DNA of 64,000 nt from Rhina ancylostomus. Lineage: Eukaryota. Position 1 is the stretch's first letter; the number at the start of each line of letters is the position of its first letter. The stretch lies in contig JARFYF010000052.1 in NCBI GenBank assembly GCA_030265395.1, positions 72,771,362 to 72,835,361 of the forward strand. Reading direction: 5' to 3'. The position numbers and the translations under genes were made by a program. This document shows positions 1-13,972 of this stretch, one piece after another. Under the pieces are notes generated by a model. The model saw only the letters and a program-made list of their open reading frames with translations, had not been told where the DNA came from and made no database searches.

Positions 1-404
1 TGTTGTCAATATTAATGAAATGAACAACAATCATAAGACTACATAAGTACTTTTTTATTTAATCATATGTTGAATTATAATTAGAAATGAAAAGGGTTTA
101 AGTTATTTTCATGCTACTATTTTAAGCTTCTGGCTCATAAGTTTTCCACCCTTCCTGTTTTCCTGAACTGTCTTTTTAAAAAGGACCTTTGGAAGACAGG
201 TTGGAAATTGTGTGATGCAATGACATCTTTTTTTAAAAAAATGTGATGGCCATCTTGTAAAATGTCTGTACTATTCTCTTTTTCTGTGGCATTAGATAAT
301 AGTCAGTGCAAACACTGGAAAATTGTTAGAAACATTAAAAACATATTCTTTGTAGTTTCCATGGAAGAGTGGTAGAGCCCCTGCCTTGCTGAAATTTTAT
401 CCCT

Positions 405-465
405 ATAGAAAAACACAGAAAAACTACGGCACAATTCAGGCCCTTTGGCCCACAAAGCTCTGCCT
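405..465 (-). mobile_element. CR1/HER1-like LINE 3' terminal fragment
   Basis: Reverse complement resembles the + strand fragments at ~34015-34080 and ~58115-58172 (gcacaactttgtgggccRaagggcctgaatt...). Confidence 0.55.
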
Positions 466-1165
466 ATGTATTAAGTTGTGTCTGAAATGTCGCATAATGG
501 GCCCAGTGGTACTGATGCCCTGCCCCAGCACTAGTCCTATAGTCACACTTGCCACTTACAGCCAGGGAGTCCTGATGTCTCCATGGTGCTGCAGCCGTGA
601 CCATATGAGACGTTTAGAGATTGATGAAATATACTTCAATTTTTTTTCATAATTATTTTTTTATATTTAAAATAATTTCTAAAAAACACATTAAATTGTG
701 GAAGTTATTTAAAATATTAATATTAAAGGATTAAAAAAAAGTCACCTCCATCTACATTTTTCATCCACATTGGTAACCCATTCAAACAAATGGTATAAAG
801 CTGAGGGGCCAGATGTGAAGTACATCTGACCCCCTCAGTTCAGTCAGGGACTGCCTCTGGATACGATGCTGAGTCCTGGGCATTAGCAGGATTTCAGATG
901 CAAGTGTATCCAACCTCAGGTACATTCCATACTTCCACATTGCAGAATACAAATGAAAAGTCTGGAAGGAGGCGGCATGTATGCTGATACATTGTCTTTT
1001 GCCACCCTGATTTAGACTAGTTAACCTTTATTAGAAGGATTTTGATTTTCTTTTCCTGGTCAGCAAAGCTTAATGCCACTAAAGTTTTGAGGATGAATAC
1101 ATTTTGCAGGTCATTTAGAAATGCTTAAGTTATGTACTAAGGATATTTCTCATTGGTATTTCTAG

Positions 1166-1257
1166 GCCGAGCTTCAGCTTCACCCTCGGTGGATGTTCTT
1201 ATAACCTTGTTATCACTTGGTGTAAATGGATATAAGTGCCTCTTAAAAGAGAGAAAG
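1166..1257 (+). CDS. SEPSECS: SEPSECS internal coding exon (equivalent to human exon 8)
   Basis: tttctag|GC...AAG|gtgagc; 92 bp; translates (G)[30 protein letters not shown], matching human [31 protein letters not shown]. Upstream exons lie outside the window. Confidence 0.96.
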
Positions 1258-1717
1258 GTGAGCTAATGGTGTCCCAGACCAGATACCTACATAATCATTC
1301 CACTCTCTTTAATTGCAAATTTGCTTTATTGGTATTGCATATGAATGAACATTCTGTATTTATTGTATTTATTCCTGTTTTTTTAGAATTACTCTTCTAA
1401 GGCATGGTTTTTACATTTGTGCTTTTTTGTGTGATGTCTTGTGCAAAAAAACAACTAATTACAATTCCATTCTGAGCTTAATGGCTTACAATATCTGAGG
1501 TTTGTTCTTCTCCAATGTTGCCGAAAAGTCTGACTAGTCAAGCATCTCTGAGGTGCACTCTGCCTGTCAAAGGAGGATCCTGACAGATCCTGTTGGCTTG
1601 CATTGTGGCTTATGGAGAGCAAATTGCAATGAGGCGCAGAGATCATGTTCCAGAGGGTGCGAAGGAGATGCTTCTCCATCATTTTTTTATCTTTACTGGA
1701 TGGATTTAAAGGTTTAA

Positions 1718-1930
1718 CATCAATTTGGCTGAGGAGACCAAATGTTATATTTCCAAGTTTGCTGGTGATACAAACTAGGTGGGATTGAGTAAGGAGGAGG
1801 ATGCAAAGAGAATTAAAGAGGATATAGTTAAGCTAACTCAGTTGGTGAGAACATGACAGATGGAAAATAATTTGGAAAAATGCAAGGTCATCCACTTCAG
1901 TGCACTAAAACAGAAATGCACAATATTTAT
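1718..1930 (+). mobile_element. Decayed CR1-type LINE reverse-transcriptase fragment
   Basis: Broken translation ISKFA(G/D)DT...GG...EED...DI.KL...(W)QM..N.EKCKVIHF resembles the CR1 RT FADDTKL / WQM.FN..KC motifs. Confidence 0.75.
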
Positions 1931-4900
1931 CAGTTTCCAATCATTCACAACCAGTCAGTCATTTTAAAACATTTAAGTTACCTTTATTCAGAGATTAGAT
2001 TATAAAACAATACCCCTGAACTGAGATTTGCCTGAAAAGAATGTGTGATGTGATAACCAGAACCTAGCATATCACTGATCTTCTGATTGTTGGAAAAGAT
2101 GCCTTAATTCAGAAATACTTGTTCTCTTCGAGCAAAACCACGACAAGGACCTTGGCTTTCTTACATTTCTTATCTAATTTCCCTGCGTAAGTTCAGAGGA
2201 TCTTTCCTCTATACTTAAGATGAGAAAATTACTTTTATATTGCATGCTAAACAAAATTTGACTGCATTATATCTTGCCAAAAGTCTCATTTTAATGTCAT
2301 CAGCAGTGGAAGGTCAAAACTAACCAGAAAAACAATGGAGATTTAAACCTTATTAATTTGAATTTTACTAATTGACTTTTCAAATATCCATAGCTGGTTT
2401 GTAAGGAAATACTGTAGATGTAGAAATTAGATCATAAGATTTATTCATTTTCCTTTTTAGGAACATAATCTCGGTACAAGTGTAACATTTGTTTCCAGGA
2501 TGTTATTGCACATCATAGCAGGATTCAGTTTGAACAGACATTTTTGCATCAGATACGGAGGATTTACTGCTGTGAAATATCAGATCAGTCATCCCATAAA
2601 TCTTTTTCTAAATTCTGTGGTTGTATTTGTTTACTGTTGCAGGAAAAATATGAGCAGAATTTTCAATTATGTTCAGAAATTATTTTGAAACGTTAATCTA
2701 GTCAGATAGCTATAGAATTGATACGGGGCTGTCATTTCATTATTCTTTATCAGAAGATAAAAGTTGCTCACAGTAGCCATTTAAAATTAATAGACAAAGT
2801 GTTCAGCTAATAAGTAATTGTATCTCTTCATTTGGAAAGCAAAAGGCAGCGTCCTGTGAATGCTTAGCTGAACTAGATTAGGTGTGAGTGCCTCATTCTT
2901 TCCTATGGCTGATCTTCATTGGAATGGAAGGAGAGCCACAATTAGCTCTTGCCCCTTATTGCTCTCCAGTAACTAACTGCTGGTATCTGTAGGGTGTCGG
3001 GTGAAGCTCAACTGCAGTGCCACATTTGCTAATGCTATTGATTGTCCTGCTGCCATCCCCCTGTACTGCAACTACTTGGGTGTGTTACTGAGGCTTGCTG
3101 AACCAAGACACTCATGGAAAGGAAGATAGTGCCCTCACAAGAAGAGTAATGGGGAAGGGAAGGAAATCATCAAAAGAGGGATGGAGAAGTTTTATTGTTA
3201 TTCTAATTTGAGTAAAATAGTAAATTCATTGGAGATTCATTGTCAGTTTTAAATTTGTTGATGTCACAGTTCAGTTGCTGAATTACACTACTTTAGTGGG
3301 TGTTTTTCATTTATTCCAGTTATCCCATTTTCCCCAGGTAGTCCAGATCAGGCCCCCAGCCCCACTCCCAGGTTAATAACCAACTGAATCTTAGTTTCTG
3401 TCTTATAAAAGGACCATTTCAAAGGCTACAAGTGTCCTTGAAATTACTTTCCAATCTCTAAGCTGTAAAGAAAGTGATATTTTCTGTGTCCAAATATAGG
3501 TGGTGTGTTCCAGTGTCTCAAATGTTGTGTGGTCACCATTTTTCGGAAAAGATAAGAAAACTGCTAAGGAAAATAGGCGAGAAAATAATGAATTGGTTAA
3601 TATCTTAACAGAAGGACCAAAAGGTGGAGTTTAAAGAGATTTCCATAGTCTTTATTTGTGGTAAACTGTTTCATGGGTCTTTAAAATAAATAGAATGCAT
3701 AATGGTTTGTCTGATGCAGATAAGCTTTCATTCAACAAGATAAAAATATGACAGTTACAACTAAAAAGATTAATGCACTGGAAAGTTTGCTGATTTATGG
3801 CATCTGTCACAGCACTCTACTGCATTCATATAGTATTCCTAACTGGGCAGTGATGGCTGGCTAGTTGCAAGTCTGAATGCTAAAAGCAGCACAATAAATT
3901 CCTGCACATGTACAAGCTGGGCCGCTTTAGTCTGCCAAAGATACAAAAAAGCTTGGAATAAAGTCCAAATACCTTGTGACTGCTTAGATGAGAAGTTAAC
4001 TAATTACTCCACACAGCAGGGTAATCTGTATTCTTTCATAATACATCCTGAACTCATTTAAACAATAAATCTACATCGATGATAAATGAGGAGAGTTAGT
4101 TTTCAATTTATCATTATTTCTAGATTCTAATTGAATAACTGATTATATTTTTATTAGGCTGTTGATGAGTTTTGGAGGTTGCAGTTTCATATGCAGTTTC
4201 TTATTTTCAAAAGTTTAACAAGAGTCAGATGAACCAAAATTNNNNNNNNNNNNNNNNNNNNNNNNNNNNNNNNNNNNNNNNNNNNNNNNNNNNNNNNNNN
4301 NNNNNNNNNNNNNNNNNNNNNNNNNNNNNNNNNNNNNNNNNAGATGAACCAAAATTGAGCTTGGTACAGGATGGGGTGGGGAGAAAATGCATTTGCCATT
4401 TATGGTCATTGCAAAGGAGAAAATGCGCTGCAGGGAAAGCCATTTATTCTGTGCCATTGCATAACTTAAATTACATGAGATGTAGAAAGGAACATGGCAT
4501 CTATTCCTTATACAGGTCCCACTAATGAAAAAGGAAGCATTTAATTTCTTTTCCTCCAATTTGCCACTCTCCCCCTAGTTCAAGAACTAGGTTGAAGAAA
4601 ACCAGGGGCCATGTTTAGGTAAACTCACAATACTCAAGAAGCTAGAACTGCTGCTAGCCTGAAAATATCCAACATTATAAATGACTTTTCAGCATTGGAT
4701 GAGATAGAAATTACAGTTAAGTGGCTTATGATTTCAGTCAGCTGAAGACATTATTTGATTTTCATCATATGATCTTCTTGCATCACTAGCTGGCAGGAAA
4801 GATTTCAACTGGTTCCTGTTTACATCAACATTTTTAAATCTGTTCTTTATATGAACATTTACAATTTCTGTATAATTAAACAATTGTGCACATCTTTCAG

Positions 4901-6859
4901 CATAATTCAATTGAAAAGTTAACTGTGGAAGTCTTTTATTTTGCATGAGATGCTGGATTTGGCAATCTTGAATGGCGATTAAGCAGTAGCATAGAACATA
5001 TGTCCTAACATACAGCTGACAGTGGATAATAGATGTATTTCTGTAAAATAAATCCAAGGATATTTGCCTGTCTTTGTATTTCCTTTCCTCTTACTGTTTT
5101 GCTTGCTTGTTCCTTTTTATTGAACAGTTGGAGATTTTTTTTGTTGGTCTTGCATTTTAGTTTAATTAGTATTCAGGAAAGTCTTTGTCCTNNNNNNNNN
5201 NNNNNNNNNNNNNNNNNNNNNNNNNNNNNNNNNNNNNNNNNNNNNNNNNNNNNNNNNNNNNNNNNNNNNNNNNNNNNNNNNNNNNNNNNNNNNNNNNNNN
5301 NNNNNNNNNNNNNNNNNNNNNNNNNNNNNNNNNNNNNNNNNNNNNNNNNNNNNNNNNNNNNNNNNNNNNNNNNNNNNNNNNNNNNNNNNNNNNNNNNNNN
5401 NNNNNNNNNNNNNNNNNNNNNNNNNNNNNNNNNNNNNNNNNNNNNNNNNNNNNNNNNNNNNNNNNNNNNNNNNNNNNNNNNNNNNNNNNNNNNNNNNAAT
5501 GAACTAAAACATGATTGATTGAGATTTTTTTTATAGGCCCAGGAGTAAATCTAAATTCTATAAATAGAAATAATTACTGCTAGAGAGAAACAAAATTCAG
5601 TGAACGATTGTTGCCAAAGTTAAGGTTTTCAATATTCTTGGGAATGTGACAGGGATAGTTTTGTGACCAGTTTATATTGCTTGTTATAAAAGTTGTATAC
5701 AAGGTTGATGTAATGATCTGCAGATTGATCAAGTAAGATATAAAGTTGAGTCTCGAATCAAAAATGAGAAATATACTATGCTCTCTTTGAGCAAACCACT
5801 GATGGAAATTTTGTTTTTTGTGCATGACATTTGAAACCAAGTGCACTTAATTTTGAAATTGTTAACAAAAAGGATTTGGTTGTGTGCCCATGTAATAATT
5901 TTGGTGTGGATGAGAAGCTTAAGGATGTAGTACTCTACTGACAATCATAATAGTACTCAAGGTTGTACCTTGAGATGATGGTACATGATGGATAAGGTAT
6001 TTGTTCCACATGATCAGAGCATATGACTGACTTTGTAAAGGTCCCATATTCTGAACACAGTCAACAACTTTTCCAGTGTTGGAAATTATCTTTGTTTTAG
6101 TATCCAAGTAAAACAATCATAATTATTTTTGAATATATTTGAGAGGAACCACTGGAGCTTTATGATAATTATTTTGTTGTCCATTGTAGTTTGGGGTATG
6201 GTATAAAGGAAATCTAAAGAAAGATCCCTTTGAAACTGCTTTTCACCGAAATCCACAGATATGTGGGGAGGCTTATTAAGGTAATATGCATATCTGAATA
6301 AGGTAATGTTGTGTAAATGGTCCCTCTTATAAAATCATGAACTGTTACAGCACGGGAACAAAGTAGTTCCTTCATCTGAGGGTGTTGTGAAACTATATGT
6401 ATCAGAACAGAATAAACACTAATAAATTCCCTTGATCCATGCATTAACATTAGGCTATAAGCTACAAATTAAGAGTTATAAAAGGGAAATCGTACCTTGG
6501 CACCAAATTAAAAAATTCAGTAAACTGAAAGTGTACAGAACATCAGAGGACTAGTTTCAATCCCTTCAATTGACATTTTTGATGTATATATTGATACTTT
6601 TTACATATATTGATATGCATTTCAGTTTCTAAGCAGTTGTAAAGATAGCCAGCTCTTTCTGTTCTTTTTCTGCTGTATCATGGGGGAAAATGTAGCTCTG
6701 AGTACTGTTGTTCATGTTTCCAGGCTTCGTGATATTGAGCTGTGATTTTTCTATTTTAAATGGTTACCTAATTATGTTTCTGTATATATATTTTTTCTTA
6801 AAAGTGATGGAGGAGTGACAATATGCTAGATCTCTTAGAAGAAATCCAGATCTGCAGAC

Positions 6860-6965
6860 ATAAGACACTCTAGATGCTGGAATATGGAGCATAAAACAAA
6901 CTGCTGGAGGAACTGTTGAGCGGGTCAGGCAGCTTCTGTGGAGGCAAAGGGATGGTCAATGTTTA
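6860..6965 (-). mobile_element. Penelope-like element terminal fragment, truncated before the ribozyme core
   Basis: gatgctggaat...tgctggaggaact...gggtcaggcagc.tctgtggagg is shared with copies at 25080 and 41890. Confidence 0.6.
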
Positions 6966-7080
6966 GGAGGAATTGAGTGAATACTAAATAAAAGAAGTTG
7001 CTGGGTGATATAACTTAATAGAAGTTGAAGTTATCATGAATTATTTTGTAGACTAACAGATGAAATTTGTGTTTCTGCAG

Positions 7081-7174
7081 GAAATGTTCACTTATCTTTC
7101 CAATGAAATAANNNNNNNNNNNNNNNNNNNNNNNNNNNNNNNNNNGGAGACCTCAAATAACACTGTATCTTTGG
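7081..7174 (+). CDS. SEPSECS: SEPSECS coding exon (human exon 9 equivalent), partly masked by an N gap (7112-7145)
   Basis: tttctgcag|GAAATG; EMFTYLSNEI...ETSNNTVSL(A) vs human EMFSYLSNQI...HTPHNPISL; donor G|gtacat; 94 bp keeps phase with the neighbouring exons. Confidence 0.9.
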
Positions 7175-7579
7175 GTACATTTAATTTTTTTTCCATACCT
7201 ATTTAACATGAAATTATTGTGTCTGCTTGCCTTGATCTCTATACTACAAGCAATTCTAACTATATTTCCATGCAATAAAAACCCAATTTATTCAGTAATT
7301 CAGATTAAGCAACTGCAGGATATTAGCTCAGGAGACATTTAGTCATCATTTCAATTTGAATTAACATATATTAAACAGCTTTGATCTAATGAATGGACTG
7401 TCTGGAAATCTAAGCTAGTCATACAGAAAAATAATAAGGCAGAAATGGTGAAACATCACAATTTTCAAACTATTATAATGCATCATTCAAGTTTGGATCT
7501 TTTCCCGTCTGTAGTTATCCATCATAGCCATCATAAACAAAGCTAAATAAAGCTACTAACATTGTGGGGGGAGAGGGAG

Positions 7580-7707
7580 AGAAATAAAGTACTGCAGATG
7601 TTGTAAATCTGAAATGAAAACAAGAGATGCTGGGAAATATTCATTAGGTTGGGCTGCCTTTGCACAGAGTTAACGGTTCTTCATATCAATGATCTTTCAT
7701 CAGAATC
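7580..7707 (-). mobile_element. Penelope-like element end with a degenerate hammerhead motif
   Basis: Minus strand reads ttCTGATGAaagatcattgatatgaagaaccgttaact; same family layout as the copies at 16025 and 62650. Confidence 0.55.
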
Positions 7708-10700
7708 TTTCAATCATTTTTTGTTTCTGGCACTAGAGGTCACTGTAACACAACAGCGCATGTTTTCTCACAGTTTATTTGAAAGGTAATCTGTTGCAAC
7801 AGTGTATGGATATTTTGAACAAGGTTATTGTTTCCCATGAGTTCTGTACAATCTTGTTTTCCTGCATTACTTTGTAAGTTATAGCCATTGTTTGCCCTAG
7901 TTTCTGACATAATGCGGCAAAGCAAAAATTTAATGGTACCAGTGACTGATTGATTTACAATTACATCCAGGAATATAATTTTTCTGTTAATGATGTATAT
8001 AATGCACTTAACTAACTTAAAGGCTGCTTCAGAGTATGCTTTTCTGTTGATCTTAGTTTGCTCATTCATTAAGATTCTTGCAAGAGAGTTGCAAGCTAAC
8101 AATCCAGTTGGATAATTTAGATATGTTGTCCTGTATGTTGCCTGAACTCTTAATTGCTGTGAAATATTTAGGCATTATTGGTGATAAATATGGCTGCTGA
8201 GTGACTCTTTTATTGTTATGATGTGAACATTTAATCAACATGAAGACATAAGACCTTGCATTGAAGGTTCAGGTTATAGGAAAATGATTTCTAAAAATGT
8301 ATTGATCTGGTGACAGGAGCTGGAGGGTGCTGATATTAGATGGCAGGAAAATCAGTTTCTTGAACACATATCTGGCCATTTTCATCTTAAAATGAAAGCA
8401 GGACCTACAAGTTCCTTTGTATAGCTCCAAAAGAACAAGTGCTGTGCAATGGAAAATTAGCTTAACCTGGAGTAATTTTGCACAGATTTCTGAATGCTTT
8501 AGTGCCCTTAGGGGAAATTTGGCTCCTGATGTTTTAATGAGATTCTCATTTGCTCTAGCTTGTTTTATCCACCAAATGATGTCAACAGTGGTGCAAAGTA
8601 CAAATTTCATCTGCCATGAGATCTTCAACTTCACTGGCCTGAAAGTTCTTATTTACACACAGAACAATTGGCTTCTGCTGACCCTTTAACCTGAAACAGT
8701 GCAATTTAAAGGTCCAACCCTCAAACTGCAGTCTTTGTCCTCACGGCTATCTTCACTGCTTTGCTCACAAAGGTCAGGTTCATAGTCTCAACTTTCTGGC
8801 TTTGGTATCATTCCAGGCAGCAGCTGTTGATCTCTGCCACGTCTGTTTTCTGCTCACTGCTGCAGCATGGGTGGCATCCAGATTCCATAGTCAATGAGAG
8901 GAGACTTCATCTATTACTTCTCCAGCCCCAGGAGCCCGGGGAGTGGGCATAAGTGATTACCTGCATTGTAGGCTTCCCTTAAGTGCAGACATTAAGAGAC
9001 ATAGGCAACCTTCTAGCATGCATGCCTGGCTGTTGCCCTGGAGGGTCACCATGGGCCACATGCACAAAAAACATTCCTTCTGCTGGTACACCACTGCACC
9101 AGTCTGTCTGGGTCCCTCTAAACCAGGGCCTGCCCCTCCCCAGGAGCATCCATGTATCCATTCATTCAGTAGCAATATTCCCCTGTAGCTGGAGGAGTGT
9201 TGCTTTTTTATCGTGGCATGTCCCTTTCAGAGCTGAATATAAAGTTACTCGTGTAGGATAAATGCTGACAGCTGCAAAAGCTTACAGCATGTTATTAGGG
9301 AAGGCTACACTGAAACTTGCATCAGATTCAGAGCAGTATTACACTGAGAAGCATGACAATGCTTTTATGTGAACCTTCTTGTTACAGATCTCAATCTTTT
9401 TGTAACTTTCACAAACAGCTTTATGGAACCCAAAGAATCATTTTACAGCTCTTGGAAAGAAGTAAAGAAATCTCTAGCCCCAAGTTTTTTTTTCAGCCAG
9501 ATCTTGCTCCTTATTGAAAAGCACATTTAGCTTGAGTTTCTGCTTTCAAAGCAATGATTCAAGGTTGGTGGCATTTTTTTCAATAGACCACACTTTCTGT
9601 TTGATGATTATCGTGGGCTTAGCCCAAACTTATACCAGTGATTCTGCACTGAACTGCTTGCACTTAACCTCATAAATGTAAGGAAGTTTGCAACTCCCAT
9701 GCAGATTCTAAAATCCTGAACTTGTTGGCTACTCTTTGCTGGGGTTTTCATGACTGCATTCTGAAGTAGGACTCTTCAAGAAGTCTAGTAACTGAGCATG
9801 AACCTGCTGCAATTCCCCCAGTAGTTGGGTTGACATTCTGCCTGCTGAACCTGCAGCAGGTTAGATCTGGAAAGAATAGTGAGTTGGATCATCTGATTAG
9901 AGATAAACAACTGCAAAAGAGGATGAGAACTGGTTAATTCATGGTTTTGTAATTAAGTTGATCAGTTTAATATTATCCTTATTTTATATTTATAATTTTT
10001 TTAAAAATTGATAGAATTTATTTTAATACTAATGTTGCTGAATGTCAGGCACATTAGCAGGTTTGATATGGTGCAGGGCCGAGCTAATTGTCAGAGTTTA
10101 ATGGGTAGAGGCCATTCTGGCCCATCTGTTTGATAGCATTATATTATGCAAGACAACCCTACCATGCTGAGCCTCAGCATTTTAAATTGGGACAACTTTG
10201 GGCTGCAAGTTGACAAAGGCAAAAGTAAGTTTTGGCCTGATTGCCTCTTGAACATCACCAAAGGTTCAGTGAAATCAGAATTAGCAAGAGGAGCTATGAT
10301 TATGATATATTTCACACTTGCGATGCACTTTTGACTTCTTCAGTTTCGGTATAGAAATGTATCTCATCTCTCCATGCAAAATATCCTTGTATCTCAATCT
10401 CCTGCCAGGAGTATTGTCAGTGAAGTGAGTGATGCTGCTGTTCCTCCTCACAATAGTGGCACTTGAGATGCTTTGCAGCTGTTCACCGTTAATTGATTTT
10501 TATCAATTCAAGTACTCACATCTGAGAAGTGATTTAACTTAATTTTTTCTAAACACAGCAGTAATAAAGTAAAAGCTCCATCTCTGCTGATTTTGCTTTA
10601 GATTTTGTAAATGTTATCAGAAAGTAATTATAATTTTATGACATAAAGATACCAGTTTAATTGCCATATAAACATTCATTGTACAATGGTATTATAGTAC

Positions 10701-12077
10701 ATAGCTTTTGTATTTATAACTTAAGAATGATTAGTTTTCTCAGTTTAATTTAATGCTAATTTGATTAACCCAGTTGAATACTGAGTGGCATTTGTTTTTT
10801 CTTAACTGGTGTACTTGCAGTTTGCCTAAATTATGAGAAGTACAAACTGGCAACAGCAAATTACATGGTTAGCTATAAGTCACACACAGCTAGGGGGAAG
10901 CTGACAGTTATATTTAATGTTAGTGAAAGGTTGGCTTCAATGACATTTGCTTCCAAAAGCAATCACTGTACCTTACTAATGATACATTAAATAAAGGGCT
11001 TTAAATGTAATAAACTGCCAGATGAATCCAAATTTTACTATTGAGGGCTCTAAAATAAAGGATTTTACAAAGATTTCTCTCTGCTTGCGGTTGAGCACAG
11101 CTGGTGTGAGACTACCTCCTCAAAGTTGTGTCACACCTGACAGATCTCAAACCGATTCCAGTAGAGCTGCAGCTGTACTGCAAACCTCATCTTAGTGCAG
11201 TGTCAAAACAACTTAAAGCACTGCCAAATGTGCAATATATAATATAAAATTGTCCTTTGCAGAAACTATTTGTTCTCGAGAAGTTAATAATGCTTTTTTT
11301 TAGTTTCATGTTGACTGAAGAAAATTATAGATTAAAATTAAGAAACTCAGGAAATATATTTTATGACTCTATCATCTACATGATACAAGGATAATGTCTC
11401 CTTGGAGATGGTTGTGTAGGAAGTCATAGCTGGGAATCCAATCCATATACTANNNNNNNNNNNNNNNNNNNGTTTCTCCAGAAATGTGACATGTGCTTTC
11501 TTGGGAAGGCCCTACTAGTGATCAAGATCTTATGCACTTTCTTGCATCTTATGTCATTTTTAGGGATTTTGAAACAAAATACGTTAATACCTGATAAACT
11601 GAGTACTCAAGCAAAATGTGCTGTAGATGAGCTTCAAGTTCTTTCTCAAGTTTTCAATTCAATAAATGTTTTGCCACCATGAATTCTGACCTTGCTCTAA
11701 GCCTACAGTTTGAGTCCTTTGGATGGCAAATTGCTGGAGGCAATTGCTTGCATTGACTGGAGTGATGGGGGTTACCTGTACGAGTGTGTTTTTGGCAAAT
11801 CACTATAGATTTTTATTTAGGCAGCTTTCAAGGCTAGTTACGAATGGGAGACTCGAGTTCCTGCCTATTTGCAACCAAAAATTGTAACCGGGGTGTCAAT
11901 GCTGGTAAAGGATGTATAACAGATGTTGTATAGTATACTATTAGGCATTCCAATTTCCAGGTCTTTAATATTGCATCACATAGGCCCTAGATATCATTTG
12001 GAGATGTATGATTCCTTTCTTAAGCCAATCTCAACCCTTTTCCTCCATCTTTATCACTTTTTTGTTTTAGATAAAAA

Positions 12078-12415
12078 TCATAGCGTCAAAGAAAAATTCA
12101 GCACAGAAACAGACCCTTCGACCATTGAACATGCACTAACCATCAACAGCCCATTTACACTAATCCTACATTAATCCCATTCTCCCTACGTTCTCCCAAC
12201 TTCCCAGATTCCACCACTTGCCTATACACTATGGGCAATTTACAGTGGGCAATTAATCTACCAACCTGCATGTCTTTGATATGTGAGAGGGAACCGGGAC
12301 ATCCGGGGGAACCCATGGGGTCACAGGGAGAACGTGCAGACCTCCACACAGACAGCACCCAAGGTCAATATTGAACGTGGGTCTCCAGCTCTATGACGCA
12401 GCAGCTCTACAAACT
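12078..12415 (-). mobile_element. HE1/V-SINE-like tRNA-derived SINE
   Basis: Minus strand has a tRNA-like head, the V-domain (tgtgtggaggtctgcacgttctccctgtgacc...ggttccctctcaca..tcaaaga) and a CR1-like tail. Confidence 0.8.
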
Positions 12416-13550
12416 AGTCTGCCCAAAAGGGAGTCATCAGTTGATAAGTACCCATATTATGTTGACACAGTCCAGACCATTGATTCCCAATTCTTTAATT
12501 AATTTAGAATTTTTTTTCTGATATTCTCCTTTGCTTTAGGATTCCATTCATTTTAGCAAGCCAGATTCCCTGGTGGTCTCAACTGTGTTTTATTGAAGAG
12601 TTGCCAGGAGATATGTGGGAGTGTGTTGGGGTGACTCACTTCACCATGTATAATTGGATTTTGCCCGTTATCAGGGGAAAGTTGCTCTATGTCCATTTAG
12701 TGTCTCCCAAAGACTATAATTGGCAGTTTGATAGATTTGGACCTGGATTTTGCAGTCAAAAGTGAAGTGATGGTGCTCACTGCTGACTTTGAAGAAAGCT
12801 GCCCACAAAGATCAAGTTATCTCCATGACATGGTTTCCCTTTGTCTAACAGTAGTTCCTGTTAAGTGCCATTTAAATGAAATCCAAGTATGAATTTGTCA
12901 AGCTATCTGAGTATCCTATCATTTTACAGAAATCTCATAGACAACGAGACAGGAAGGGAAAAAGCTGAAATATCATTAATATTTTTAAAATGTTAAAATA
13001 TTACTTTCAAAATCCATTTTAGTTTGAAATATTTACTTGGGAAAATTACATACATTTGGTTTTTCAGGGCCAGAAATATTTCTAAGCTATAGTTATGGAT
13101 TAGTGTACCATTGAGACCTTGCCTGGGCTTGATGCAGCCAAGTGTGATATTTACAGAGTGTTCTACACTAAAATTTTTACTTCAATTTGTAAATTTCTGA
13201 TGTTTTCATCAGTACATAGATTCCTAAGGATTATGTGGGTTGCAGCTTCTTGTTCTGCATGTTTAACTGTGCAAGTGGCTACTCCAGAAGTTGCTGTCAG
13301 TTTGATAACCCAATGAACATAAAAAAACTAAAGTTTCACACTTACTACAACCATGGACAGTAATTCTTTGTTTAACTTTGGGCTGCCAACTGCCTGTTTT
13401 TTTTCTTCTTGTTGTTGCATTCCTGTTCATTCTTGCATTTTTTTCAAAAAACTTATGTTTTCTGCTAAAACATTAATTGTTTGGGCATAGTTTTCATGAA
13501 GCCTGCACTGTTCTATCACCTCATTGTTCCTTTCTTTCTGCACATTTCAG

Positions 13551-13641
13551 CAATGTCCTTGAAGAGATTCCATGAGCACAATGATAAGGCTGTCACTCAG
13601 CTTGGATCTATGCTTTTCACCAGACTAGTATCTGGAGCCAG
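13551..13641 (+). CDS. SEPSECS: SEPSECS coding exon (human exon 10 equivalent)
   Basis: catttcag|CA...AG|gtgagt; 91 bp; (A)[30 protein letters not shown] vs human [31 protein letters not shown]. Confidence 0.97.
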
Positions 13642-13972
13642 GTGAGTTACTGAGTAATTGGCACCCTTAATGCAGTTATTGATTGTGTTTGAGCTTTGTT
13701 TTCCTTTTCATATGAGGATCATGAATGTCTGAATTGAGTATGTGAGCTGCATCCACCAAGACTTGTCATTTTTAAAAAAACGGCAGCCATCCCTGCCATT
13801 TCACCAATCTACTGTTAGTGAAGAGGGGTTTTTTAAAAAACTATATTACAGTATCTGTTTTTCAGTATTTTGTTATTTTATTCAAAGTTTGAATTTAATA
13901 GGGTCTTATTGAACATGTACATAAATTCAACATGAGTCAATCCCACATTGTTTCCTTCTCTCTGTCCTCCAG

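Noticed and set aside
2448-2500. Two acceptor-like sites in the SEPSECS intron (tttttag, tttccag)
   Set aside because: No convincing paired donor or SEPSECS-like peptide; the flanking exons already join in frame.
4227-4356. Direct repeats on either side of 100-N gaps (also 21389-21542 and 42050-42315)
   Set aside because: Identical sequence on both sides of fixed-size gaps indicates unmerged contig overlaps, not real duplications.
13932-13972. ORF-track N-terminus [13 protein letters not shown] of the SEPSECS last exon; likewise starts at 39685, 56626 and 59238
   Set aside because: These are intron, UTR or internal codons in frame with real exons; splice sites define the true boundaries.
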